A stretch of 64,000 nt of DNA from Gammaproteobacteria bacterium (GTDB lineage Bacteria > Pseudomonadota > Gammaproteobacteria > Steroidobacterales > Rariloculaceae). Of this stretch, positions 16,942 through 25,926 are shown one piece after another. The notes beneath the pieces were generated by a model. The model was not told where the DNA came from. It saw only the letters and a list, made by a program, of their open reading frames with translations, and ran no database searches. The position numbers and the translations under genes were made by a program. Every line of letters begins with the position of its first letter. The stretch's first letter is position 1. The stretch covers positions 6,034 through 70,033 of the forward strand of contig JAJDWR010000036.1 in NCBI GenBank assembly GCA_022825505.1, given 5' to 3'.

Positions 16942-18214
16942 TCCGCATCTCCAGCATCTTCGCGGCGGCCTCCCTGAGCTTGGATTCCGAGTCGATCAGG
17001 AACTGCGCGGATACGACCACCTCCTCCCCGGCTTCGACTCCCTCCAGGACTTGCGTCCAGCCGTCGCTGCTCACGCCCAGCCGTACGTCCCGGGGTTCGA
17101 ACTTGCCGGGCTCGCGCACGATGAAGACCTGCTCGCGGACACCCGAGCGAACGACGGCCTCCGAAGGCACTGCGACGGCGTCGACTTCGGGACTGGCCAG
17201 GATCGTGACGTCGGCGAACATCTCCGGTTTGAGCAGCAGTTCGGCGTTGTCGAACTCCAGCCGCGCCTTGACGGTCCGTGTCTGGCTTTCCGCGTAGGGG
17301 TAGATGTAGGTGAGCTGGCCTTCGAAGACCCTTCCCGGCGCCGCCGCGACGGTCATTCGCACCTCGTCGCCGACCCGTACCCAGGGCAATTCATCCTCGA
17401 AGACATCCACCAGTACCCAGACATGGGACAGGTCCGCCACGGTATAGAGTTCCGTCTGCGGCGTGACGTACTGCCCTTCCCGGATTCCGACGTTGACCAC
17501 AATGCCGTCCGCGGGCGAGTGGATGTGAAGCTGCTCCTGTACCTGGCCGGTCTGCGTCAGCTCGAAGATCTGGTGTTCCGGTACGTCGAGCAACCGCAGC
17601 CGCGTCAGCGTCGATTCCACCAGTTCTTCCGCCCCGCGGCGAATGTCCGGGAAAGGGCTTTCGCTCAGTGTCTCCCGATTGCTCAGGGCCAGCAGGTACT
17701 CCTGCTGCGTCACCACCAACTGGGGCGAATAGATGTTCATCAGGATGTGGTCTTCGGCGATCTGTTCGCCCGTGGTTTCCACGTACAGCTCGTCGATCCA
17801 GCCTTCGACCTTTGGATGGAGACGGGTGATGAGCTGTTCGTCGTACTCGACGCGGCCGAGGGTGTGAATCGTGCGGGTCAACGTGCGCCGTTCCGCACCG
17901 GCCGTGCGCACGCCGATGCTCTGGACCGTCACCGGATCGATTTGCACGGTGCCCGGCGGACCAGCGGCGGCATCCGCATAGACGGGAATGTAGTCCATGC
18001 CCATATCGTCCTGGGCGGGAACCGGCGAGGTGATTTCCGGCGTCATCGGGTGCCGGTAGAAGATGGGCTCGGGCGCGTCTGGCGCCGGAACCGCGGACAT
18101 CATCCCCGCATGCGCCATTTCCATGCGCTGGGCGGCGAACCAGTATCCGCCGCCGGCGCCGATGGCAAGGGCTACCGCGCCGACGAAGGGCGCAATCAGG
18201 GATTGTCTATTCAT
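16934..18214 (-). CDS. cusB: RND efflux periplasmic adaptor, CusB-like
   Basis: ATG 18214 with GGAGGTG upstream. Met-rich N-terminus (MEMAHAGMM). FYRHPMTPEITS...DMGMDYIPVY motif. Overlaps both neighbouring genes. Confidence 0.85.
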   Translation of the reverse strand: MNRQSLIAPFVGAVALAIGAGGGYWFAAQRMEMAHAGMMSAVPAPDAPEPIFYRHPMTPEITSPVPAQDDMGMDYIPVYADAAAGPPGTVQIDPVTVQSIGVRTAGAERRTLTRTIHTLGRVEYDEQLITRLHPKVEGWIDELYVETTGEQIAEDHILMNIYSPQLVVTQQEYLLALSNRETLSESPFPDIRRGAEELVESTLTRLRLLDVPEHQIFELTQTGQVQEQLHIHSPADGIVVNVGIREGQYVTPQTELYTVADLSHVWVLVDVFEDELPWVRVGDEVRMTVAAAPGRVFEGQLTYIYPYAESQTRTVKARLEFDNAELLLKPEMFADVTILASPEVDAVAVPSEAVVRSGVREQVFIVREPGKFEPRDVRLGVSSDGWTQVLEGVEAGEEVVVSAQFLIDSESKLREAAAKMLEMRND

Positions 18215-19571
18215 AGAGCACCTCCATACCGGCGGACGCGGCAAGCATTGCCAGCGCCGCCTTTGCCGTACTGAGCGCTTCCCAGTAGTTGATCTGGGAG
18301 TTGTAAAGCGTGATCTGGCTGTTCACGACGTTGAGAAAGTCCACCTCGTTCACGCGGTATCCGGCCAGCATCGAGGCGGACGTCTGTTGCGCCTGGGGAA
18401 TGATGGCAGTTTCCAGCAGCGTGACCTGCTCCCTGGCAGCCTCGTAGTCCGCGCTATGGCCCGATATGGCCGCCTGTATGGAGCGAAGCGCGTCGTCGTA
18501 AGCGAATTCCTGCCGCGTGACTTCGTGGGTCTGTTGCTCGATTGCCCTGCGCTGTTTCGACTCCGCGTACAGCGGCACCGTGACACCGAACATCACGCTG
18601 AAAAAGTCGGGCCGGCCGACGCCCCGAAACGGGTCATTGCCCTGCCGAAGTCCATAGCCCGCTCCGACCATGAGATTGGGCCGCAGATTCAGTTCGGCCA
18701 GGCTCCTTCGCGCGCGGGCAGCGCCCACCAGGGCCTGCTGCGCGCCCAGCGCGGGGCGGGCGGCCACCGCCGCCCGGACCAGTTCGCCATCCGCGGGGAT
18801 GTCCGGCAACACCATGTTGTCGGGTTCGGGCGGCAAGGCGACGGATCGGCCGGCCGGCGTGTACAGCAGCGCACCCAGCGCCGATTCCGCCCTGGCGCGC
18901 ATGCCGTTCAGCCGCAGCTCGCGTTCCAGCAGTCTGGACAGTTCGAGCTGGGCGAGCAGCACATCCTGCTGAAGCCCGTCGCCCACCCGGTACCTGGCCT
19001 GGGCGATCTGGATGAAGTCCCGCATCAGCCGCGTGTTCTGGCTGACGATTTCCAATGCCCGGTCGTGCTGGAACAACCGCCACCAGGCCGCGCGGACCTG
19101 GCCCGCCAGCGCCAGCCGCGCGTCTTCGGCGTGGGCCACACCCGCCTCGGCCTCGTAGCCTGCCGCGTCGGCGAGTAGCTGACGTTTGCCCGGATACGGG
19201 ATTTGCTGGCTGAACGTGAGCTGGACCTGCGTCATCGGCTCCTGGTGCAGATTGAAACTGTCCACAGGCAGATTCATCGCGTTGAGCCCGAGCACGGGAT
19301 CGGGAAGCGTTCGGGCCTGGGACGGAACCGTCTGCAGCGCCGCGGCCCGGGCCGCGGCCGCTGCCAGGTGCGGATTCGCCGCCAGCGCGATCTCCACCGC
19401 CTGGCCGAGGGTCAACGGGCCGGCCTCGTCATCCTGGGCAAGCCCCGGCGCCGGTGAGGCAAGGGCGAACAAGGTGCAAGCCGCAAACGGCCGCGCAAGG
19501 TTTCGGCTCCGCCAGCCGGCGCAACTGAACTGAATCAAGAAGCGGGGCGCAAGCCCGCGCGTAAACCACAT
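18207..19571 (-). CDS. TolC-family outer-membrane efflux protein
   Basis: 454 aa with two-repeat OMF architecture. First large gene of the cus-type operon. Confidence 0.8.
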   Translation of the reverse strand: MWFTRGLAPRFLIQFSCAGWRSRNLARPFAACTLFALASPAPGLAQDDEAGPLTLGQAVEIALAANPHLAAAAARAAALQTVPSQARTLPDPVLGLNAMNLPVDSFNLHQEPMTQVQLTFSQQIPYPGKRQLLADAAGYEAEAGVAHAEDARLALAGQVRAAWWRLFQHDRALEIVSQNTRLMRDFIQIAQARYRVGDGLQQDVLLAQLELSRLLERELRLNGMRARAESALGALLYTPAGRSVALPPEPDNMVLPDIPADGELVRAAVAARPALGAQQALVGAARARRSLAELNLRPNLMVGAGYGLRQGNDPFRGVGRPDFFSVMFGVTVPLYAESKQRRAIEQQTHEVTRQEFAYDDALRSIQAAISGHSADYEAAREQVTLLETAIIPQAQQTSASMLAGYRVNEVDFLNVVNSQITLYNSQINYWEALSTAKAALAMLAASAGMEVLYE

Positions 19572-19619
19572 GGCAATCTCCTCTGCTGAAGCCGGAACGA
19601 AACGGTCAGCGAGGGATTG

Positions 19620-20024
19620 CTAGTTCAGAAAGGAGCAGAACAGAACGGGTAACGGCCGCCCCGGAGGGGCGGTCGCGGGATTCGTGAGACAGGCCTCAGC
19701 CTTGAAGCCCTGTAATCGATGCGGCTGCGTCGAAGCAATCAGGGAGACCTGTACATGCTTTGAATCGTCGGCAGACTTCGCCTTGGCCGCCCGCAGGTCG
19801 GCGTTGAAGCGGTCTTCGTCGCTGCATTCGTGGCGGACAACGTCGTCGCAGTGATCGATCTCCGGTGGCGGACAGTGCTCGCAATGGTGCTCATGCCCCA
19901 TTTCCGCGTCCATCGCCATGACGCACGGCTGCCAGGCCATGGTCAGCCACACGGCGGCGATCGGCGTTCCAAGCCTGCGTATCCAGACTTTCTTTCGGCG
20001 GCGAATGGCTGCGAGCAGGTTCAT
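19620..20024 (-). CDS. Small His/Cys-rich putative metal-binding protein heading the efflux operon
   Basis: ATG 20024 with GGAG upstream. N-terminal hydrophobic segment, then MDAEMGHEHHCEHCPPPEIDHCDDVVRHECSDED. Confidence 0.5.
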   Translation of the reverse strand: MNLLAAIRRRKKVWIRRLGTPIAAVWLTMAWQPCVMAMDAEMGHEHHCEHCPPPEIDHCDDVVRHECSDEDRFNADLRAAKAKSADDSKHVQVSLIASTQPHRLQGFKAEACLTNPATAPPGRPLPVLFCSFLN

Positions 20025-20189
20025 CGGTATGAGGCTCCGTGCAACCAATCTAGTCCAATTGGGAAGGCTTCGCAATTCCTTTAGGGGTTCCCGACGAGTA
20101 CTTGGGTCAGGAGTCCACGGTGCACCGGACAGCGCCCGTCCAGTCAAATTTCGCGTGGCGGAAGGTGCGTTCAGCCCCCTCTGGCGCGT

Positions 20190-21740
20190 TCAGCCCACTC
20201 TGGCGCGTGCGTGAGCCACGATGTTCAGCATCTTCTCCGTGGCGATGACGGCGGCGGCGGTCTGGTCGGTATCCACACCGACGGTCGAGAATCGTCGGCC
20301 GTTCGACCTGTCGCTCCATTCGATCAGGGTTTCCACCAGCGCCTCGGTACGGCCGCCGGGGGGGATGCGCACACGGTAGTCGGCCAGTTTCGGCACGTCG
20401 ATGCCGTGCGGGGACACGGCTTGTGTGAGCGCCTTCATGAACGCGTCGTAGCCGCCGTCCCCCGTACCCGAAGCCTTGCTGGTGTGTCCCTTGAACGAGA
20501 CACTGACCGACGCACTGGGCGGACTGTCGGATGCAACGTCGATGTTGTAGCGGTCGATCCTGACCAGGTGTTCCTTCGGCGTCTTGAGCACGTCCGCGAT
20601 GATCATCAGCAGGTCCTCAGGGACCACGGTGTGCTTCTTGTCGCCCAGTTCGATGATTCTGCCGAGCACCTTCTTCCGGTTCGCATCGGAGAGCTTGATG
20701 CCAAGCTGCGACAGGTTGTGGTCAAGGGAGGCCTTGCCGGAGAGTTTGCCCAGCGCGTAGCGGCGCTCGCGGCCGAATCGCTGGGGCGCCAGCCGGGTGG
20801 CGTAGAGATCGCCCTTGGCATCGCCATCGGCGTGTATGCCGGCCGTCTGGGTGAACACATCGGCGCCGAGAATCGGGGTATTCGCCGAAATATTCTTGCC
20901 GCTGAAGGTTTCCACCAATTCGGATACGGCTGCAAGCCGCGACTCGTTGACGTTCGTTCTGAATTCCGTGTGATCGGCAATGGCGGCGACGATCTCCGCA
21001 AGCGAAGTATTTCCGGCCCGCTCGCCCAGACCGTTGACGCTGGTATGCACGCCGGCGGCCCCGGACTGAATCGCCGCGATGGCATTGGCGGTCGCCAGGC
21101 CGTAGTCATTGTGACCGTGGAAGTCGAACACCGTATCCGGCCAGGTGACGGCCATCACGCTGACGAAGTGCCGCACGTCGTCCGGTGCGAGAATGCCCAG
21201 GGTGTCCGCCAGCAGAACCCGCTCCACCTCCAGGTCTTGAAGCGCGTCAACAAGGTCCCTGACGTAGCCGAAGCCGTTGCGAAAACCGTTTGACCAGTCC
21301 TCGAGGTAGACGTTGACGCGTACTCCCTGCCGGCGCGCATAGCGGGCGGTGCCGATAACTCGCTGAATGTGTTCACCGGGCGTCATCCCCAATTGCTCGC
21401 GGCAGTGGCGCTCGGAGCCCTTGGTCAGAAGGTTGATTACGCGTCCGCCGGCGTCTCGTATCCAGTCCACGGAGCGATGCACGTCGCAGAATCCGAGCAT
21501 TTCCACGCGGTCGATGAGTCCCGACTTCCGCGCCCAGCGGGTGACGCGCAGCGCCCCCTCCAGTTCGCCCGACGACGCGCGGGCGGACACGATCTCGATG
21601 CGGTCCACGCCCACGTCGCGGAGCAACATGCGGGCCACATGTTGTTTCTCCGACGGCGTATAGGCGATTCCAGGCGTCTGTTCGCCGTCGCGCAGCGTGG
21701 TATCCATGATGGATATGGTTTTTTCGGTGTCGCCACTCAT
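20190..21740 (-). CDS. 2-isopropylmalate synthase / citramalate synthase family enzyme
   Basis: MDTTLRDGEQTPG and HGHNDYGLATANAIAAIQSGA...NGLGERAGNTSL motifs. C-terminal LeuA-type regulatory domain. Confidence 0.85.
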   Translation of the reverse strand: MSGDTEKTISIMDTTLRDGEQTPGIAYTPSEKQHVARMLLRDVGVDRIEIVSARASSGELEGALRVTRWARKSGLIDRVEMLGFCDVHRSVDWIRDAGGRVINLLTKGSERHCREQLGMTPGEHIQRVIGTARYARRQGVRVNVYLEDWSNGFRNGFGYVRDLVDALQDLEVERVLLADTLGILAPDDVRHFVSVMAVTWPDTVFDFHGHNDYGLATANAIAAIQSGAAGVHTSVNGLGERAGNTSLAEIVAAIADHTEFRTNVNESRLAAVSELVETFSGKNISANTPILGADVFTQTAGIHADGDAKGDLYATRLAPQRFGRERRYALGKLSGKASLDHNLSQLGIKLSDANRKKVLGRIIELGDKKHTVVPEDLLMIIADVLKTPKEHLVRIDRYNIDVASDSPPSASVSVSFKGHTSKASGTGDGGYDAFMKALTQAVSPHGIDVPKLADYRVRIPPGGRTEALVETLIEWSDRSNGRRFSTVGVDTDQTAAAVIATEKMLNIVAHARARVG

Positions 21741-21831
21741 CGTCTTTCCGGGGAACGGTTCAAGGGCCCGTCGTTGCCGTCATTCTCCTGTTGCATTCGC
21801 CTGCGATACCGGCGGGCAGAATTCGCGGATT

Positions 21832-22293
21832 TTAGCAGCAGCCGGCCACCATGGTTCGTTTTGGCTTGACTTCCTTCAGGACGATGGACGTGGAAGCGTC
21901 CTTGACCGCCGGCAGCTTCAGCAGTTCGCCTTCCAGGAAGGTTCCGAGCGATTCAAGGTCCGCGGCAACCACCTGGAGCATGAAGTCGACACTGCCGGTG
22001 AGCATGTGGCACGCCTGGACACGCGGCTGGGTGCGCACCCATCGCCTGAACTCCTCTGCGGAAGCCGTGTTCTGACGGTCGACGCTCACGGCCACGAAAG
22101 CCGTCACATGGTGTCCGAGCGCGGCCTCGTTGAGATTCAGCGTGAAATTCCGGATCACGCCGCGCTCCAGCAGCGACTCGACCCGGCGCTGACAGGCGCT
22201 CGCGGACAGGTGCACGCGTTCCGAGAGTCTCGACCACCTCAGACGGCCGTCCGACTGGAGCTCGGAGAGGATGCGGGCGTCCAAATTGTCCAT
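21832..22293 (-). CDS. Lrp/AsnC family transcriptional regulator
   Basis: ATG 22293: MDNLDARILSELQSDGRLRWSRLSERVHLSASACQRRVESLLERGVI, followed by a RAM/ligand domain. Confidence 0.85.
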   Translation of the reverse strand: MDNLDARILSELQSDGRLRWSRLSERVHLSASACQRRVESLLERGVIRNFTLNLNEAALGHHVTAFVAVSVDRQNTASAEEFRRWVRTQPRVQACHMLTGSVDFMLQVVAADLESLGTFLEGELLKLPAVKDASTSIVLKEVKPKRTMVAGCC

Positions 22294-22315
22294 ATCGTAT
22301 GTTTCCTGCGCAAAG

Positions 22316-22332
22316 ATAACTATATTAGTTAT
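22316..22332. promoter_or_regulatory. Palindrome in the Lrp/VOC divergent promoter (candidate Lrp operator)
   Basis: ATAACTA-TAT-TAGTTAT, flanked by direct TGCGCAA repeats, in an AT-rich 145-nt intergenic region. Confidence 0.35.
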
Positions 22333-22438
22333 TTTCATGCGCAATAACAGCAAACTGTGCTGAATTATGCGTCCACCCTGCAAACCTGATTGATTAAGCT
22401 GTAGGCAACCCCAAGCTAATCCGGCAGGAGACCTCACG

Positions 22439-23089
22439 ATGTCCCATTTGAGAAAGATCGACCACGTCACCTATGCGGTGGAATCCGGCGCGATCGAGCG
22501 CTGGGCCTGGTTTCATATCGAAGTCGAGGGCGGCACGCTGATCAAGCGGATCGACGACGCCCGGCCCGGCGATCCCGGCAGCAGCATGAAGATCTGGTGC
22601 ATCGACTACGGCGACTTCGGCATTGCGCTGATCGAAGGCATCGACCGGGCGGAAAAGTCCCAGGTGACGTCCTTTGTCGAGCAACATGGCGACCATGCCT
22701 GCCAGCATGTCGCCTACGACTGCCACGACCTGGACGCGTTTATCGACCATATGAAATCCATGGGCGGGCACCCCCGCGGCGAAGTCCTGGTACAGGATGA
22801 CGGCTTCGGCATCCTCAAGCAGATGTTCGCCAAGGGGTACGCCTCGGGACACGCCGGGCAGGCCACGTTTCCCGAGTATTGCCAGCGGCCGAAGAATGCG
22901 AGCGAGGCCCGGCGCGTTGAGATAACGTTTTCGAACCGTGCCGGGGGCGAGTTCTATCGCCAGGTTCAGGATGCCATCGACCGGGGCGACACCGAACCGT
23001 TCTTCGACTTCAGGCGCATGCCATCGGACTGGGAAGTGCCGGCCGAACAGCCCAAGGGCGGTGCGGCTGCCTTGTTGAAGTCCGCCTGA
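22439..23089 (+). CDS. VOC (glyoxalase/dioxygenase) superfamily protein, HPPD-C-terminal-like
   Basis: IDHVTYAV and SQVTSFVEQHGDHACQHVAY motifs. Divergent from the Lrp gene. Confidence 0.65.
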   Translation: MSHLRKIDHVTYAVESGAIERWAWFHIEVEGGTLIKRIDDARPGDPGSSMKIWCIDYGDFGIALIEGIDRAEKSQVTSFVEQHGDHACQHVAYDCHDLDAFIDHMKSMGGHPRGEVLVQDDGFGILKQMFAKGYASGHAGQATFPEYCQRPKNASEARRVEITFSNRAGGEFYRQVQDAIDRGDTEPFFDFRRMPSDWEVPAEQPKGGAAALLKSA

Positions 23090-23254
23090 CATCCGGGGGT
23101 ACCGGCGCCCGGGCTTCCGCGACTCGGCCGTCGATGTTGCCGCTACGCTGCGCGCGGACGGCAGTCCGCCGATGTTGCTGACAATCGAGCCGAATCTCTG
23201 CCATCATTGGCTCCGGCGCCATGGGCGCGAGTCTGGTTCCATACTGCCCGATCG

Positions 23255-24298
23255 ATGAAGCGATTACTGGTTTGTCTGGCCGCCGCGGCGTGTTCATCCG
23301 GAACGCTCGGCCATCATTCGGCGGGCGTCTACTTCGACGTGGATGCGGTGGTCGAATTGTCGGGCGAGGTCACCGATGTCGTCTGGCGCAACCCCCACGT
23401 GTACTTCACGGTTCGGACGGCGGACGGAGATTTCTGGAACGTGGAGAGCAATTCCGTGAGCATCCTGCGGCGGATGGGCCTGACCGCGAGGCTGGTGAAT
23501 GCCGGCGACCGCATACGGACCGCCGGTTGGCCGGGGCGGCAACGGGCAAACCGCCTGTTCGCGCTGAACATGCTGCTGCCGGACGGAGTCGAGCTGATAC
23601 TCTGGCCGGGCACGGCCGCGCGCTGGTCCGACGACCTGCTGGGTGCCGCCGGCGCCATGGCCATGGACGGGGAGAGTTCCCCTGCGTCTCTCGGCATCGG
23701 CAACGACATTTTCCGCGTGTGGAGTTCCAATATGGCCAATCCGGCCAGCTTTCCTCTGTTCCCGGATGTAGCAGGCGCTGCTCCGGAATACCCGCTGACG
23801 GAAGCCGCCCGAGCTGTCCGGGCCACGTGGGACCCGGCGGCGGACAACCCGTACCTGACCTGCGACCCCGTGGGCATGCCGCGAATCATGGGCCAGCCCT
23901 ACCCCATGGAATTCATCGACGAGGGCGATCGAATCCTGCTGCACATCGAGTTGTACGATGTCGTGCGGACGATTCACATGGGGGGCGAGGAATCCGCTGT
24001 CGCATCACCCCTCACTCCGCAGGGCTATTCCCGGGGCGCCTGGGATGGCGGCACGCTGGTCGTGCGCACGAATCGGCTGGGCTGGCCGTACTTCGACCAG
24101 TCCGGCATTCCCCAGAGCCCGGAAGCCGATTTGCTGGAACGCTTTACGCCGAGCGCGGACGGCACGCGCCTGGAGTACACCTTGACGGTCACCGATCCCG
24201 CCACCTTCACCGAACCGGTCACCCTCGAAAAGTACTGGACCTGGCGCCCGGATGCCCAGGTGCGGCCGTTCGAGTGCAACACCGAGTACCGCCCGTAA
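23255..24298 (+). CDS. Secreted two-domain protein, DUF6152-like N-terminus (paralog of 31648..32661)
   Basis: ATG 23255. Signal peptide, then HHSAGVYFD...WRNPHVYF. Full-length similarity to the 31648..32661 product (WDPxxDxPxLxCxPxGMP, RTIHM, TLVVxT, TDPAT). Confidence 0.6.
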   Translation: MKRLLVCLAAAACSSGTLGHHSAGVYFDVDAVVELSGEVTDVVWRNPHVYFTVRTADGDFWNVESNSVSILRRMGLTARLVNAGDRIRTAGWPGRQRANRLFALNMLLPDGVELILWPGTAARWSDDLLGAAGAMAMDGESSPASLGIGNDIFRVWSSNMANPASFPLFPDVAGAAPEYPLTEAARAVRATWDPAADNPYLTCDPVGMPRIMGQPYPMEFIDEGDRILLHIELYDVVRTIHMGGEESAVASPLTPQGYSRGAWDGGTLVVRTNRLGWPYFDQSGIPQSPEADLLERFTPSADGTRLEYTLTVTDPATFTEPVTLEKYWTWRPDAQVRPFECNTEYRP

Positions 24299-24357
24299 TG
24301 CATGCGGCGGATTGCGAACCTGTAGAATCGGTTACCTGCCAATTCGCGGAGCGCGCC

Positions 24358-25194
24358 ATGAAATCCCTGGTTTCCACCCTGGCCATTGGCCTCGTATGTT
24401 GGTCCGTTGCCGCCCAGGCGCAACGCACGCCGCCGCCCATGAGCGAGATGGCCCGGGAGCCGTTCCAGGTCTTCGACAACCTGTATTTCGCTGGCACGGG
24501 GGAAGTGGCGAGCTACGTGATCTCGACAAGCGACGGCCTTATTCTAATCGACACGCTGTATGGCGGTCCCTATACGCCGTATCTGGTTGAGAACATGCGG
24601 CAACTGGGCCTCGACATTGCGGACGTTCGGTACGTTCTGATCCTGCAGGGCCACTGGGACCATTACATGGGCGCACGGGAGCTTCAGGACGAATACATCC
24701 CCGACGCGCAGTTCGGAGCCGCGGAGGAAGATTGGCAAATGATCGAAGCCGACCTTGGCGAGCAGGCGCCGCGCCTCGATTTCGTGATCGAGGAGGGTGA
24801 CTCGTTAACCCTGGGCGACACGACGCTGCATTTCGAGATTACCCCGGGGCATACCCCCGGCACCACGTCGATTCGCATGGCGGTCTTCGACGGCGGAACG
24901 CGCCACGAAGCCTATTTCCACGGCGGTCCTGCCCTGCGCACCGACGATCCGGCGGTCATCGCGGAATTCCTGGCGGACCTGGAACGGATCAAGCAGATCC
25001 CCGATATCGAAGTGCAGATCATCAATCACTTCGACATCCACGCGTCCAGCGCCGACAACCTGTTCGAACGCGCCGAACGTCTGGCCAACCGGCAGCCGGG
25101 CGAGCCGCATCCGTGGGTCGCCCCGGAAGACTTCCATGACTGGCTGGATGAAATGATCGCCGATACGCAGGAGAGGCTGGCAGCGGCACAGTAG
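24358..25194 (+). CDS. Subclass-B3-like metallo-beta-lactamase-fold hydrolase
   Basis: ATG 24358. Signal peptide, FQVFDNLYFAGTGEVASYVISTSDGLILIDT, LILQGHWDH (QxHxDH variant), ITPGHTPGTT. Confidence 0.8.
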   Translation: MKSLVSTLAIGLVCWSVAAQAQRTPPPMSEMAREPFQVFDNLYFAGTGEVASYVISTSDGLILIDTLYGGPYTPYLVENMRQLGLDIADVRYVLILQGHWDHYMGARELQDEYIPDAQFGAAEEDWQMIEADLGEQAPRLDFVIEEGDSLTLGDTTLHFEITPGHTPGTTSIRMAVFDGGTRHEAYFHGGPALRTDDPAVIAEFLADLERIKQIPDIEVQIINHFDIHASSADNLFERAERLANRQPGEPHPWVAPEDFHDWLDEMIADTQERLAAAQ

Positions 25195-25264
25195 CGCCTA
25201 AAGGCCAGCCCTGGCCGGCGCGCTGGTCGGTTCTCCGGTGGCTCCGGCCGGAAACCATGTGAGG

Positions 25265-25813
25265 CTATTGCGCGGTCAGCCACCAGACGAGCGCGGCGAC
25301 AACGGCAACCGTCACCGCGATCCAGACCAGTTCCTTGCCGATTGCCTTGCGCGGCGGCTCCAGCCTTTCGGCGTGTTCGTCGATGACGCCGGTCAGGCGG
25401 CCGAAGAACTGATCGGCGATCTTGTGGGTGGCCCCGACCACGAGCCTGGATCCGATCTGCGCCAGCCGCCCGCCGACCTGAAAGTCGGCGGAATAGCTCA
25501 GGATGGTTTCGCCGCCCTCTTCTCTCAGCGTCACGTCGGCAGCGCCCCGGCCGAACCCGACGGCGCCGGCCTTGCCCTCGCCTTCAAGGCGATAACTCTC
25601 CGGCGGAACCGGGTCGACGATGCGGAGTTCACTGGAAAACGTCGCCTTCACGGGACCGACCGCGGTCTTCACCGTCGCCTTGTACCGGTCGTCTTCCAGC
25701 TTTTCGAACGACTCGCAGCCGGGAATGCACTGCTGCAGGATTTCCGGGTCCAGCAGCGCGTTCCACACAGCCTGCCGGCTCACTGACAAACGGTATTCGC
25801 CGGATACATCCAT
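25265..25813 (-). CDS. CoxG / SRPBCC family protein with C-terminal membrane anchor
   Basis: MDVSGEYRLSVSRQAVWNALLDPEILQQCIPGCESFEKLEDDRYKATVKTAVGPVKATF is a typical CoxG pattern. Confidence 0.8.
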   Translation of the reverse strand: MDVSGEYRLSVSRQAVWNALLDPEILQQCIPGCESFEKLEDDRYKATVKTAVGPVKATFSSELRIVDPVPPESYRLEGEGKAGAVGFGRGAADVTLREEGGETILSYSADFQVGGRLAQIGSRLVVGATHKIADQFFGRLTGVIDEHAERLEPPRKAIGKELVWIAVTVAVVAALVWWLTAQ

Positions 25814-25926
25814 GAACTATTTCCCCGGATGATTCTGGTCAATCGGTCTCATCGTCGGCTATTGTATCCGGTCGTAAACGCCCTGGACGCGGAATCGGTT
25901 TCCTCCCTTCAGACGGAATCAATTGA

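Noticed and set aside
11142-18274. Many long ORFs overlapping alkB/cusA/cusB in other frames or on the opposite strand (for example 11649..13307, 13550..15040, 13939..15651, 15697..16977, 16745..18274)
   Set aside because: They have the Arg/Pro/Gly/His-rich composition typical of high-GC shadow frames, no recognisable motifs, and each is fully covered by a well-supported gene. The same reasoning applies to 36161..37321, 36913..38031, 37926..39356, 47826..49070 and 49719..50720.
23221-24357. N-terminal 379 aa of the 657-aa ORF 23221..25194
   Set aside because: It is Arg/Gly/Pro-rich out-of-frame shadow of the 23255..24298 gene. The real MBL gene starts at ATG 24358 with a signal peptide.
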